Shown here piece by piece: positions 42,826-52,648 of a DNA stretch of 64,000 bases. Origin of the DNA: a virus. Position 1 is the stretch's first letter, and every line of letters begins with the position of its first letter. The stretch lies in the IMG/VR virus record IMGVR_UViG_3300042907_001269, positions 22,908 to 86,907 of that record; one strand, given 5' to 3'. The translations under genes were made by a program, and so were the position numbers. The notes beneath the pieces were generated by a model. That model was not told the DNA's origin. It did not search any database and saw only the letters and a program-made list of their open reading frames with translations.

Positions 42826-44354
42826 ACATTACACTATATGCTATCTCTAAAAACGAAGAGAAGAACATTGGGAGATTTATTGAAATCTCCAAGAAGTTTA
42901 TAAATACCGTTGTAGTTGATACTGGAAGCACAGATAATACAGTAAAACTACTGAAGGAAGCAGGCATTGAAGTCTATGAGCATCCACAAACGAGAGATGA
43001 ATTTGATTTCTCCAAAGTAAGAAATCTGGCACTGTCTTATGTGAAGACTGACTGGGCATTTTCTTTAGACTTTAATGAGGATGTTGATGAGTTCTTTCCA
43101 GAAGGTCTTGATGTGATTGCTGAAGAGTTCACAGCATTCAGGCACGAACGATATGATAAGGTAGGAGACCAAGAACCAACTCCAGGTCAAACTGCTCATA
43201 CTCGGTTTCATAGAACCAAGAACTATACTTGGGTAAATGCCGTTCATGAAAGTCCAGTCTTCATTCCAACTGAAGAACATTTGAATGAGAGTGCAGTTGA
43301 TACTACAATTAAGATTACTAAAAATGTTCATAACACTGTAGACAAGCAACTCTTCTATCTGTCTATTTGCGAAAGAGAGTTTGAAAAAGATAAGTCAAAC
43401 ACTTATTACCTTTGGTTTATTTTCAAGCATTATTTTGAAGTCAAGAACCTCAATAAGGCACTTGAACTTGGTCAGGAGTATCTAAATCTTTCTAGAGCAT
43501 ACTTTGACCCCACCAGAATTGATGTGTTTATGATGTGTAGTATTGCTCTCATTAGCACTCAAAATATTCAGCAAGCATCCAACTATGCCTTTCATGCAGT
43601 AAGTGAGGCAATGAATGTTGGTGGAGATGTTATGGGTAAGGCATTTACTCATCTACTTAACATCGGTAAACTCACACAGAACCCAAACATTATTGTCTTT
43701 GCTTCGGGATTTAATCCAGAGACTTTAAGACTTAAGGAAAGAATGGATGCCATTGATAAACTTTTCCTGACTAATCTAGATGATACTCCAGCAACTGCTT
43801 GGTCTGGCCATCGTCAGTTTGCCGAATGGTTAGTTTCTTATATGAAACCAGAAGTTACTGTTGACCTTGGTGTTGATTGGGGATTTTCCACATTTTCACT
43901 AGCAATTCCTAGAATTGGTAAAGTATATGGTATTGATAACTTTGTTGGTGATTCCTTTGTTGGAACCGATGAACAAAGACTTAAGTACCAGTTTGTAACG
44001 ACAAAAAGAGAAAAACTTCATCTTCAGGATAATCTAACTCTTATTGAAGGTGACTTTAACGAAGTTGCAGAAACCTGGGATAAAAAAATTGATATTCTTC
44101 ACATTGATGGAAGTCATAAGTATGAAGATATTAAACAAGATTTTGAAACCTGGAGTAAATTTTTAAATGATGATGGTGTAATTTTAATGCACGATACTTG
44201 TGTAGAAAATTATAATGGAAATGAATATGGAGTAAAAAGATTTTTTGAAGAGATTGATTTACCTAAAGTAACCTTTACTCATTGCTTTGGTCTTGGTGTT
44301 GTTTCTAAAAATGCACAATTAATTGAAACTATTAAAAACCAATTTAATCTATGA
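42822..44354 (+). CDS. GT2 + TPR + class I methyltransferase (Methyltransf_24-like) fusion
   Basis: KNEEKNI..VVDTGSTDNT..FSKVRN..SLD; helical middle; VDLGVDWGFS..IDILHIDGSHKYE..MHD. Confidence 0.82.
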   Translation: MNITLYAISKNEEKNIGRFIEISKKFINTVVVDTGSTDNTVKLLKEAGIEVYEHPQTRDEFDFSKVRNLALSYVKTDWAFSLDFNEDVDEFFPEGLDVIAEEFTAFRHERYDKVGDQEPTPGQTAHTRFHRTKNYTWVNAVHESPVFIPTEEHLNESAVDTTIKITKNVHNTVDKQLFYLSICEREFEKDKSNTYYLWFIFKHYFEVKNLNKALELGQEYLNLSRAYFDPTRIDVFMMCSIALISTQNIQQASNYAFHAVSEAMNVGGDVMGKAFTHLLNIGKLTQNPNIIVFASGFNPETLRLKERMDAIDKLFLTNLDDTPATAWSGHRQFAEWLVSYMKPEVTVDLGVDWGFSTFSLAIPRIGKVYGIDNFVGDSFVGTDEQRLKYQFVTTKREKLHLQDNLTLIEGDFNEVAETWDKKIDILHIDGSHKYEDIKQDFETWSKFLNDDGVILMHDTCVENYNGNEYGVKRFFEEIDLPKVTFTHCFGLGVVSKNAQLIETIKNQFNL

Positions 44355-44707
44355 AGATTACAATTCCAGTATCAGTCGGTGAATTATTAGATAAGATTAC
44401 TATTTTACAAATTAAATCTTTATTCACCGACGATGAATATGTTCAAAAGGAATTGGAAGAACTTTATAGAATTAAAAGTACTCTTACTCAATACACTTTA
44501 GAATATGAAGTGAGATTGAAGAAAGTTAATGAAAAACTTTGGAAAATAGAGGATCAGTTGAGAAAGTTGGAGAAAGAACAAAGATTTGATGAAGAGTTCG
44601 TTGAACTTGCTCGTAGTGTTTATAAATTAAATGACCGAAGAGCACAGATAAAAAAAGAAATAAATGAACTGACTAATTCAAACTATAAAGAAATTAAGAT
44701 TTATTGA
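44351..44707 (+). CDS. DUF6165-like protein
   Basis: IPVSVGELLDKITILQIK..VNEKLWKIED..FVELARSVY..NDRRA.IK.EIN. Confidence 0.75.
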   Translation: MKITIPVSVGELLDKITILQIKSLFTDDEYVQKELEELYRIKSTLTQYTLEYEVRLKKVNEKLWKIEDQLRKLEKEQRFDEEFVELARSVYKLNDRRAQIKKEINELTNSNYKEIKIY

Positions 44708-44710
44708 AAC

Positions 44711-44754
44711 TTGATTTTTATATAAAAATCAGTTATAATGCTAAGTAATAAATA
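44711..44754 (+). promoter_or_regulatory. sigma70-like promoter overlapping a perfect 20-bp palindrome, followed by a late TAAATA
   Basis: TTGATT-N17-TATAAT(44734-44739); palindrome TGATTTTTATATAAAAATCA (44712-44731); TAAATA at 44749. Confidence 0.55.
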
Positions 44755-44775
44755 ATCCAAATCATTCATATTTTT

Positions 44776-46434
44776 ATGGCAGTAGATGAACTGAACTTTG
44801 TAAAACTTGCTTTAGAGAATGGAGGATCAATTCATCCACTTATTCTTCCACACGAAGAACTTAAGGGACCAGCACTCACAAACCCTTCAATTTATCTTGA
44901 TGGAGATAAGTTACTAGTTAATCTTAGAAACATTAATTACACTCTTTATCATTCAGAAAAAAGAAAATTTGAACATCCTTGGGGCCCTCTCGTTTATATT
45001 CATCCAGAAAACGATTGGCGTCTTCGCACTTGGAATTATCTGTGCGAAATGGATGATAATATGAGAATCAAATCTTATCATCGTATAGACACCTCAAGTT
45101 TTCCCGATAAAGAACTTTGGGATTTTGTGGGATTAGAAGATTGCCGTATTGTTCGTTGGAACAATAAACTCTATATGACTGGAGTAAGGAGGGATCTGGA
45201 TACGATTGGAACGGGTCGTATGGAACTTTCCGAAATTGAATTTACCGAAAATGGTGTAAAGGAAGTAAGTCAACATCGTATTCCTGCCCCACCTCCAGAC
45301 CAAGAGTATTGCAACAAGAACTGGATGCCTATTCTTGATATGCCATATCATTATGTGAAATGGACAAATGGTACTGAAATTGTTAGATATAATATTGATA
45401 CGAATACTACAGAGACTGTTCTAAGAAGAGATTGGAAAGATTTTGGAACCACTGATCTTCGTGGTGGTTCTCAGATTATTCCTCTGGGTGACAATTATAG
45501 ATTCTGTTTGACTCACGAAACTTATCTGACTCAAAGTGCCGCTGGAAGAAAAGATGGTGTGTATCGTCATCGTTTCATTGTCTGGGACAAGGAATGGAAT
45601 ATTGTTAAAGTATCAAGGCAATTCTCATTTATGAATGCCGAGATTGAATTTGCCGTTGGTATGGTAGAATATAAAGGTAATTATCTGATTACTTTTGGGT
45701 ATCAAGATAATGCAGCATATTTGGTTAAGGTATCCAAAGAATTTGTATTGGATTTTATTGGGATTGAAAATACATCAGAATCTCAACCAGAATCATTTCC
45801 GCCATTCACTGGATATCCTACAGAATCATTAGAAGGTCATATCTATTATACAAATGAAGAATGGACTTCACGACCTTTTTATGTCAACATTATTGAATTT
45901 CTCAAAGAAAGACAAATCAAATCAGTTCTAGATGTAGGTGGATGCACTGGGGAAGTTCCTAAAATTATGTTTGATAAAATTTCATCATTGGAGACTGCTT
46001 TGATTCTTGAACCAGTATCAGTAAACTTTAATTTTATTCAAGATAGATTTAAGAACGAATATCGTATTAAAGTAATTAATAAAGCACTTTATTATGGTGC
46101 TGACTTCATTTCATTGGGTCAATCTGATGGAAATGTAGGTGGATATAATATGCATTCCGATAATCATAATGTACAGTTCAACGACATTCCTACAACGACT
46201 TTAGAGAATCTTCCGAAATACGATTTCCTTAAGATTGATATTGAAGGTGCCGAAAGAAATATACTAGAAAATGCAAGTTGTTTTGTAGACTTCAAATATA
46301 TTGCAATTGAATTCCACGATGAAATGGGAAGTACTTGGCCAGAATTGGTTGAGAAATATATTCCCACTCATAAGATTGCGGTGGATGGTAGATTGTATGG
46401 AAACCCAGAATCAGTATTGCTTGAATTGAAATAA
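44776..46434 (+). CDS. five-bladed beta-propeller (GH130/GH43-like) + FkbM methyltransferase fusion
   Basis: NPSI, GLEDCRI, KNWMP, LRGG, IEFAVG; C-terminal LDVGG..G and LKIDIEGAE. Confidence 0.7.
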   Translation: MAVDELNFVKLALENGGSIHPLILPHEELKGPALTNPSIYLDGDKLLVNLRNINYTLYHSEKRKFEHPWGPLVYIHPENDWRLRTWNYLCEMDDNMRIKSYHRIDTSSFPDKELWDFVGLEDCRIVRWNNKLYMTGVRRDLDTIGTGRMELSEIEFTENGVKEVSQHRIPAPPPDQEYCNKNWMPILDMPYHYVKWTNGTEIVRYNIDTNTTETVLRRDWKDFGTTDLRGGSQIIPLGDNYRFCLTHETYLTQSAAGRKDGVYRHRFIVWDKEWNIVKVSRQFSFMNAEIEFAVGMVEYKGNYLITFGYQDNAAYLVKVSKEFVLDFIGIENTSESQPESFPPFTGYPTESLEGHIYYTNEEWTSRPFYVNIIEFLKERQIKSVLDVGGCTGEVPKIMFDKISSLETALILEPVSVNFNFIQDRFKNEYRIKVINKALYYGADFISLGQSDGNVGGYNMHSDNHNVQFNDIPTTTLENLPKYDFLKIDIEGAERNILENASCFVDFKYIAIEFHDEMGSTWPELVEKYIPTHKIAVDGRLYGNPESVLLELK

Positions 46435-47777
46435 TGGAACATATTTGCGGAAGTGATAATTTTGGTGAAGGTTGGTTTTCTTATCCCAATCTTTACTCTA
46501 GAGTTGCAAAACGATTTCCTTCGGGAAGTCGTTTCGTAGAAGTTGGTTGTTGGAAAGGTAAATCGGCAGCATATATGTGCGTTGAGATTGCCAATTCCAA
46601 TAAGGACATTGAGTTCTTCTGTGTAGATACTTGGGAAGGAAGTGTTGAGCACGAAGGAATGAAAGAGTTGCCAAAACTCTATGATATTTTTATTGACAAC
46701 ATGAGACCTGTTGAGCAATATTATTTTCCTCTCAAGATGACTTCTCTTGAGGCAGTAAATAAATTCAAGGATAATTCTCTTGACTTTGTTTTCATTGATG
46801 CTTCTCATGAGTATGAGGATGTTAGAGATGATATTATTGCTTGGTATCCTAAAGTCAAACCAGGTGGAATTATTGCTGGTCATGATTATTATCACGAAGA
46901 ATACGATTGGTTTCCAGGTGTAAAACGAGCAGTTAATGAATTGCTGACTGAATTTATTTCCGATGAAAAGTGCTGGATTCACTATAAACCAGATCCATCT
47001 AAACTGAAAAATCTACCTCCAGTTCATTATATTAGTGTTGAGTATTGTACCGAAAGAAGAGAAAAACTACATCAAAAGTTTGCTCAGTTTGGTATTGAGA
47101 ATATTACAGGTCACATTTTTCAAAAGTATGATGATACTCAGCACGAAATTATATCAGATTATATTGATTATCTGACTATCGGTAGTAGAGGTCCTGTTAC
47201 TTCACACCTGAAGGCAATTAAAGAATGGTATGATAATACTAAGGAGGAAGTTGCTTTCTTCTGTGAAGATGATTTAAGTATGGACTTAATCCAATATTGG
47301 AACTTTACTTGGGATGATTTTTATAATAGTCTTCCTGATGACTGGGAGATTGTTCAACTTGCTTGGTTGAGGTATGAGTTTAATACATTTAAGATTGGTT
47401 TCCGCAATCGTTGTTGGTGCGATTGGTCTGGTTGTGCGTATCTTATTAAAAGAGGATTTGTCAAAAAACTAATTGATACATATTATTATGATGGTAAGTT
47501 TCATCTAGATGTAAAAGGTGAGGATATTCATCTTAGAGAAGATTGGGCAAAGGTTCCTGTAATTGAAACAATTATATTCTCAGCATTAGGTAAAGTCTAT
47601 ACTGCTCCCTTATTCACTGAAGATTTGAGTTTCCTACCTTCATATCTAGACCCAAATACAGAGGAGGGAAAGAAACAACCAATTCACGAGGCTCATTATG
47701 AATCTTATGACAATAATGTAGATTGGTGGAGAAATATTGGTTCTACTCAAACAATTGAAGAATTTATGAGGGAATGA
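46434..47777 (+). CDS. Methyltransf_24-like + GT25-like fusion
   Basis: VEVGCWKGKS, FVFIDASHEYE, IAGHDY; then HYISVE..ERR, SHLKAIKEW, FCEDD. Confidence 0.8.
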   Translation: MEHICGSDNFGEGWFSYPNLYSRVAKRFPSGSRFVEVGCWKGKSAAYMCVEIANSNKDIEFFCVDTWEGSVEHEGMKELPKLYDIFIDNMRPVEQYYFPLKMTSLEAVNKFKDNSLDFVFIDASHEYEDVRDDIIAWYPKVKPGGIIAGHDYYHEEYDWFPGVKRAVNELLTEFISDEKCWIHYKPDPSKLKNLPPVHYISVEYCTERREKLHQKFAQFGIENITGHIFQKYDDTQHEIISDYIDYLTIGSRGPVTSHLKAIKEWYDNTKEEVAFFCEDDLSMDLIQYWNFTWDDFYNSLPDDWEIVQLAWLRYEFNTFKIGFRNRCWCDWSGCAYLIKRGFVKKLIDTYYYDGKFHLDVKGEDIHLREDWAKVPVIETIIFSALGKVYTAPLFTEDLSFLPSYLDPNTEEGKKQPIHEAHYESYDNNVDWWRNIGSTQTIEEFMRE

Positions 47778-47823
47778 TTAATAAACTAATAAAAATGAAC
47801 AAAATTACTAATCGCATAAAATA

Positions 47824-50703
47824 ATGAAAAATAACAAACTTGAAAACTTTCCATCAGTCTACTATGTTTCATTAGAAGAAAGCGTAGATAGGCAGCAAAA
47901 TTTAGAGAAGCAGTTTGCCGAATATGGAATTACTCCAAAGGCAGTTATATCCAAAAGATATTCTGAGTCTGATGATGAAATTACCGGAAAATTTTTAGAC
48001 CAAATGAATGGAGGGACAATTGGTTGTGCAGTCTCTCACATTAAGGCAATTCGTAGATGGTACGAAGAAACCGATGAAGATTATGGATTCTTTTGTGAAG
48101 ACGATTTAAGTCTTGAAACCATTCAATATTGGGACTTTACATGGGAAGAGTTTATTGAAACAATTCCCGAAGATTCCTTATATGTGCAGTTACTAGTAAT
48201 CAGAGATAACTATGAAACATTTGAAATAAGAAAAAAATTATGGGATGATTGGGCGGCAACTGCATATATTCTTACACGAGATTATGCAAAACTCTTGATT
48301 GATAGCTATTGTCGGGGCGAAAAAAAGTTTCATCTTGAAATTCCCGGTGTTAATAATTATGCAGTTCCTCTGGTTGAAAATATTTTATTTGAAACAATTA
48401 ATAAAGGTGGTTCCGTAATTCCTTTATTTGTAGAAGATATCAAGTTTGCTACTACATTTTCCCCAGAGGAAGATGGGGAAGTTGAAAATAATCAAAAAAG
48501 AGGTCATTATGAGTCAAGAGAAACTGTTCTAAATTATTGGAAAAACAAAGAACAAATGAAATCATTTGCAGTTGAGAAAGTAGAAGAAAAAGAAGAAGAA
48601 CCTCAAGATTTTACGATGAATCAGATTGAGTATCTTCTTACACAATATACTAATGACCCAGAAAATGCCGAAAATAATCTCAAAGTGGGTGCTTGGTATT
48701 GGAATCAAAGGCATACTGCACCTGCACTTTCATACTTTTTAAGATGTGCAGAAAGAGCAGAAGATCCAAATCTTGCTTATGAGGCACTATTATGGGCTCA
48801 TTTTTGCTATGAAATGCAAGGAACAAGAGATTTGACTTCCCGTGGTTTACTTCAACATGCAGTATACACCTTACCAAATCGTCCAGAAGCATATTATCTT
48901 CTTGCTAAGTTTCATAGTAAGAGAGAGCAGTGGACTGATGCTTATATTATAGCAACTCAGGGTTTGAATTTAACAGAAAAGGATTTACCTCCACTTAAAC
49001 ATGATGTTGGATATCCTGGAACTTATGGTCTTCTGTTTGAAAAAGCAGTTTCTGGTTGGTGGTGGGGTAAAAACGAAGAGTCTGGTTTAATCTTTAAGGA
49101 TTTGTATGAGAACCACGATATGCAAAATGAGTATCGTGGTTCGGTTTTGGACAATCTTAAAAAGTATTTTCCAAGTTATTTGGTTCCGGACAATTTTGAT
49201 TGGGGAGGAACAGATCCAGAATATGCTCAGATGTTTACCAATGAGAATTTTATTGAGAGAACATATGAGAAACATTGTCGTATTAAGACGGGAGACATTG
49301 TAATTGATGCCGGTGCAAACTGCGGTTCATTTACATATTCAATTTTAGGTAAAAATCCCAAGCAAGTATATTGTGTTGAACCTTCCAATACTCTTATTCA
49401 TTCTCTGAAAAAGAATGTTGGGCATGGTCCAGTAACTTTCATTAATAAGGCAATTTCAGACTTTGAAAGTGATAGTGTTGTGATTGCTGATAGGGGTGTC
49501 TACATCTATGAAAATAATGGAAATGAATATTCCACAACAACATTTAAAAAGATTATTGAAGAAAACAACATTACCCAAGTTGATTTTTTAAAGATTGATT
49601 GTGAAGGTGGAGAGTATTCTATTTTTACGAAAGAAAACTACGATTTTATTATTAAAAATGTCAAGCACTGTGCTGGAGAATGGCACATTAATGACCATAA
49701 AGATGCAATAGAGAGGTTCATTGAATTCCGAGATTTATATCTCACCAAATGTAACTTACTTCACGTTTATGAAAGAAGCGGTAAGGAAGTTACCGAACAC
49801 ATCTTTGATGATACCTACCTCTACGGATTCAGAGAATATTGGAAAGATACTTATCTTGGACAGTTTATTATCTACTTTACCTTTAATAATTCAACCGAAG
49901 ATAGTGTAGATGTTGTTGAAGTCAGTGAAAGTGAGAAAATAGACATTATTCTTCAAGGTAAATATACTGAATACACTGATGAGATTATTGATGAGTATTT
50001 AAGAGTACCTTTTGTAAATAATATAATCGTTTCTTGTTGGGGGGATGATAGGCCCGACCATTATCGCTCACCAAAAGTTAAATATGTTAGAAGTGTATAT
50101 CCATTAACTCCGGGAACTTGCAATAAAAATTTACAGATTACAACATCTTTTGCCGGAATTAAACTCTGCGAAACAAAGTTTTCTGTAAAGATGAGATCCG
50201 ATCAAAAATATAATTACAATAGTATGATGAGTATGTATGAATTTTTTATGAAAAATCATACAAATGATAATATTTTTGTTGCAGGAATGTTTCCTTCATT
50301 ACTTTTTCATCCAAGAGATCACATTTATTGGGGAGAAACAAAGGATCTTTATTGCTTGTTTGATATTCCTTTGGAGTATAATAGTCTTATTGATAAAGTT
50401 CGTATTGGAAAATATGAACTTGCAGAATATTCAAACTATTTGACACGACCTGAGACTTATATTGGAGCACATTACTGTGCTAAATTTGATGACTGTGTTA
50501 AGAAAATGCTGATTGAACCTGAGAAATACCTTTATGATGATGCAATTAATTGGCAATATGCTAAGGATTTTAGTGATAGAATAACTCCTTTAATTTTTAA
50601 ATCTTTTTCAAGAAAATGTATAGATTTTGATTGGACCTGCAAACCGGGATTTACAATTCAATCATATCTGGATGTCTGTTCTTGGCACGAAGATGGTTTT
50701 TAA
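47824..50703 (+). CDS. GT25 + TPR + FkbM + WavE-like multidomain glycan enzyme
   Basis: YYVSLE..DRQ, IGCAVSHIKA, FCEDD; PNRPEAYY TPR; IDAGANCG, LKIDCEGGE; IILQG..NKNLQITTS..G..KMRSD..FHPRDH (WavE-like). Confidence 0.78.
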   Translation: MKNNKLENFPSVYYVSLEESVDRQQNLEKQFAEYGITPKAVISKRYSESDDEITGKFLDQMNGGTIGCAVSHIKAIRRWYEETDEDYGFFCEDDLSLETIQYWDFTWEEFIETIPEDSLYVQLLVIRDNYETFEIRKKLWDDWAATAYILTRDYAKLLIDSYCRGEKKFHLEIPGVNNYAVPLVENILFETINKGGSVIPLFVEDIKFATTFSPEEDGEVENNQKRGHYESRETVLNYWKNKEQMKSFAVEKVEEKEEEPQDFTMNQIEYLLTQYTNDPENAENNLKVGAWYWNQRHTAPALSYFLRCAERAEDPNLAYEALLWAHFCYEMQGTRDLTSRGLLQHAVYTLPNRPEAYYLLAKFHSKREQWTDAYIIATQGLNLTEKDLPPLKHDVGYPGTYGLLFEKAVSGWWWGKNEESGLIFKDLYENHDMQNEYRGSVLDNLKKYFPSYLVPDNFDWGGTDPEYAQMFTNENFIERTYEKHCRIKTGDIVIDAGANCGSFTYSILGKNPKQVYCVEPSNTLIHSLKKNVGHGPVTFINKAISDFESDSVVIADRGVYIYENNGNEYSTTTFKKIIEENNITQVDFLKIDCEGGEYSIFTKENYDFIIKNVKHCAGEWHINDHKDAIERFIEFRDLYLTKCNLLHVYERSGKEVTEHIFDDTYLYGFREYWKDTYLGQFIIYFTFNNSTEDSVDVVEVSESEKIDIILQGKYTEYTDEIIDEYLRVPFVNNIIVSCWGDDRPDHYRSPKVKYVRSVYPLTPGTCNKNLQITTSFAGIKLCETKFSVKMRSDQKYNYNSMMSMYEFFMKNHTNDNIFVAGMFPSLLFHPRDHIYWGETKDLYCLFDIPLEYNSLIDKVRIGKYELAEYSNYLTRPETYIGAHYCAKFDDCVKKMLIEPEKYLYDDAINWQYAKDFSDRITPLIFKSFSRKCIDFDWTCKPGFTIQSYLDVCSWHEDGF

Positions 50704-50739
50704 TATAAATTAAATATACTTACTAAAGAGGAAAATAAA

Positions 50740-50976
50740 ATGAACTTTGCCGTATATACTAAGAATGATTGCCCATATTGCTATAAAGTCAAACAGGTAC
50801 TAGAGTTGACAGGAAAGAACTTTGTGGTGTATAATTTGGGAGATGACTTCACTAAACAAGAGTTCTATGCGGAGTTTGGGGAAGGTTCTACATTCCCACA
50901 AGTTATTTGTGATGATAAAAAACTTGGCGGATGTACTGATACTGTTAAATTTCTGAAGGAACAACAGATTGTATAA
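50740..50976 (+). CDS. nrdC: glutaredoxin (NrdC-like)
   Basis: CPYC active site, STFPQV and LGGCTD. Confidence 0.9.
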   Translation: MNFAVYTKNDCPYCYKVKQVLELTGKNFVVYNLGDDFTKQEFYAEFGEGSTFPQVICDDKKLGGCTDTVKFLKEQQIV

Positions 50977-51152
50977 TGCCAGACATAAATAATAGCATAA
51001 CACCCAATCGTGGTGTAGAACTTATACTTACTGGAGGAAAAAGAAAACAACCTAAACTTTTTCATCTTATATTCGAGAAGATAATTTCCTTTTTCAAACG
51101 AGAAGTAACCATCTATCTTGAATTTTCGATAAAGTCAAGGAAAGTCGAGTAG
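50976..51152 (+). CDS. hypothetical protein (58 aa)
   Basis: TAATG coupling; NRGVELILTGG...KREVTIYLEF. Confidence 0.55.
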   Translation: MPDINNSITPNRGVELILTGGKRKQPKLFHLIFEKIISFFKREVTIYLEFSIKSRKVE

Positions 51153-51170
51153 TTTCCCAGGAGAACAAAA

Positions 51171-51416
51171 ATGTTGGCAACTAGTTTAGTTATAGGTTCA
51201 TTCTTAACCGTACTATTTTTTGTAATGGGTCTATTGTTAGGTTGGGTCAGTAGAGAATATATGATGACTCATCAGGAAGGACCAAAGCAAATTGCCTATC
51301 ATCCGGAGTTTTATAATAAGGACGGAGATCTTATTGATGAAGAAATTGTTTCTGTAAGATTTGAGCCAGGATATTTTGATGATGGAGATGAAGATCTTGA
51401 CGACGATGAAGAATAA
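51171..51416 (+). CDS. membrane-anchored hypothetical protein
   Basis: N-terminal TM helix, HPEFY..DG motif, acidic tail, AGGAG RBS. Confidence 0.7.
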   Translation: MLATSLVIGSFLTVLFFVMGLLLGWVSREYMMTHQEGPKQIAYHPEFYNKDGDLIDEEIVSVRFEPGYFDDGDEDLDDDEE

Positions 51417-51458
51417 ACTCTAAATATCATTACAATTATAATTACATATTAAACAATT

Positions 51459-52040
51459 ATGACAGCGACAAAGGCAAAAGCAAAACCAAAAACAACCGCC
51501 TCAGTAAACGAAGATTTACCGGCAAATCCTTTTGTATTTGAGATTTTAAATCTTGTATCCAAGCAGAGGACCAACATTAAAAAAGTTGAGATTCTGAAAA
51601 AATATGCAGATCCATCACTCAAAGCAATTTTTATTTGGAACTTTGATGAGAGCGTAATATCTGCTCTTCCAGAAGGAATTGTTCCATACTCAAGTGTTGG
51701 GGAGCAAAATTCATTCAGCGGAACTCTAAGTGAAAAAATAGAAGATGCCGTGGGTAAAATGAGTGAAATGGGTTCTAATTCACTTGGTTCTCAAGACCAA
51801 GGATTTTCTTCAATTCGTAAAGAGTACACTAGATTTTATAATTTTGTAAGAGGTGGAAATGATGGACTGAGTTCTCTTCGTAGAGAAACAATGTTTATTA
51901 ATGTACTGGAGGGTCTTCATCCTCTAGAGGCAGAAATTCTATGCCTAGTAAAGGATAAGAAACTTCAAACTAAATATAAGATTACAAAAGAAATTGTTGC
52001 TCAGGCATATCCAGAAATTGTGTGGGGAGGTCGTTCGTGA
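51459..52040 (+). CDS. conserved T4-like phage protein (DUF6433-like)
   Basis: IWNFDESV.SALPEG.VPY, RRETMFINVLEGLHPLEAEIL. Confidence 0.75.
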   Translation: MTATKAKAKPKTTASVNEDLPANPFVFEILNLVSKQRTNIKKVEILKKYADPSLKAIFIWNFDESVISALPEGIVPYSSVGEQNSFSGTLSEKIEDAVGKMSEMGSNSLGSQDQGFSSIRKEYTRFYNFVRGGNDGLSSLRRETMFINVLEGLHPLEAEILCLVKDKKLQTKYKITKEIVAQAYPEIVWGGRS

Positions 52041-52390
52041 GTAGAGTTCGTAATGTAGAAAGCAATATCACCGAGGAGAAAACTACTATGGAATGGACTC
52101 CGGAAGAAAAGAAAGATATTCCTCCTCGTTATGGGTGTGAGATTCTGATTGAAAACGCATCACTTGCTCAGGTTAAAGATCCTTCTTTTCCTAATGATGC
52201 ATATATCGTATCTTATACATTAAAGGGAAACTCTTATATGGATTTGTGTCGTGGTACAAGAGTTAAAATCTTTGATATGTATTATGATAAGTTCGGCCCA
52301 GATGTAGTTACAAAAATTGATTGGGGATATGGAAGAGTGTCTCCTAAGATTTGGGGATACAGAGCACCCGAAAAGAAAAAGAGAAAGTGA
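52037..52390 (+). CDS. conserved cyanophage hypothetical protein
   Basis: PNDAYIV, IFDMYYDKF, IDWGYGRVSPKIWG. Confidence 0.7.
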   Translation: MSRVRNVESNITEEKTTMEWTPEEKKDIPPRYGCEILIENASLAQVKDPSFPNDAYIVSYTLKGNSYMDLCRGTRVKIFDMYYDKFGPDVVTKIDWGYGRVSPKIWGYRAPEKKKRK

Positions 52391-52472
52391 TTTCCCATAT
52401 CGGGCAAAAAAATTCCCCCAAAATTTTTGCTCCTTAAGGTTTTTAAAACAGTAGCGTACTGATACATTTTTA

Positions 52473-52508
52473 GTATCGGTTGCTACTTTTTTGATTTTGT
52501 GGTAATAT
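52473..52508 (+). promoter_or_regulatory. NtcA box overlapping the -35 of a sigma70 promoter
   Basis: GTA-TCGGTTGC-TAC (52473-52486) is GTA-N8-TAC. Promoter TTGCTA(52480-52485)-N17-TAATAT(52503-52508) has an extended TG. Confidence 0.75.
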
Positions 52509-52515
52509 ATATTGT

Positions 52516-52620
52516 ATCGTTCATCTGGAATAATCCAGACGGAAGTAAGCCGACGCGGAACGGATCGTTCATTCGCTATTCGCAAATAGCGAACGCAAAC
52601 GCCGACTGAAGGAACGCTCT
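52516..52620 (+). ncRNA. tandem glutamine riboswitch-like leader (glnA-type then Downstream-peptide-type aptamer)
   Basis: Unit 1: ATCGTTCA-TCTGGA/TCCAGA-CGGAAGTAAG..GGAACG. Unit 2: CGTTCA-TTCGCTATT/AATAGCGAA-CGCAAACGCCGACTGAAGGAACG. Each has a CGTTC/GAACG closing stem, and both lie upstream of a YRG peptide. Confidence 0.8.
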
Positions 52621-52648
52621 TTAACCTAAAAACTAAGGAGAAAACCTA

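Noticed and set aside
52451-52465. Second NtcA box GTAGCGTACTGATAC
   Set aside because: The spacing is GTA-N9-TAC rather than N8, so at best it is a weak auxiliary site.
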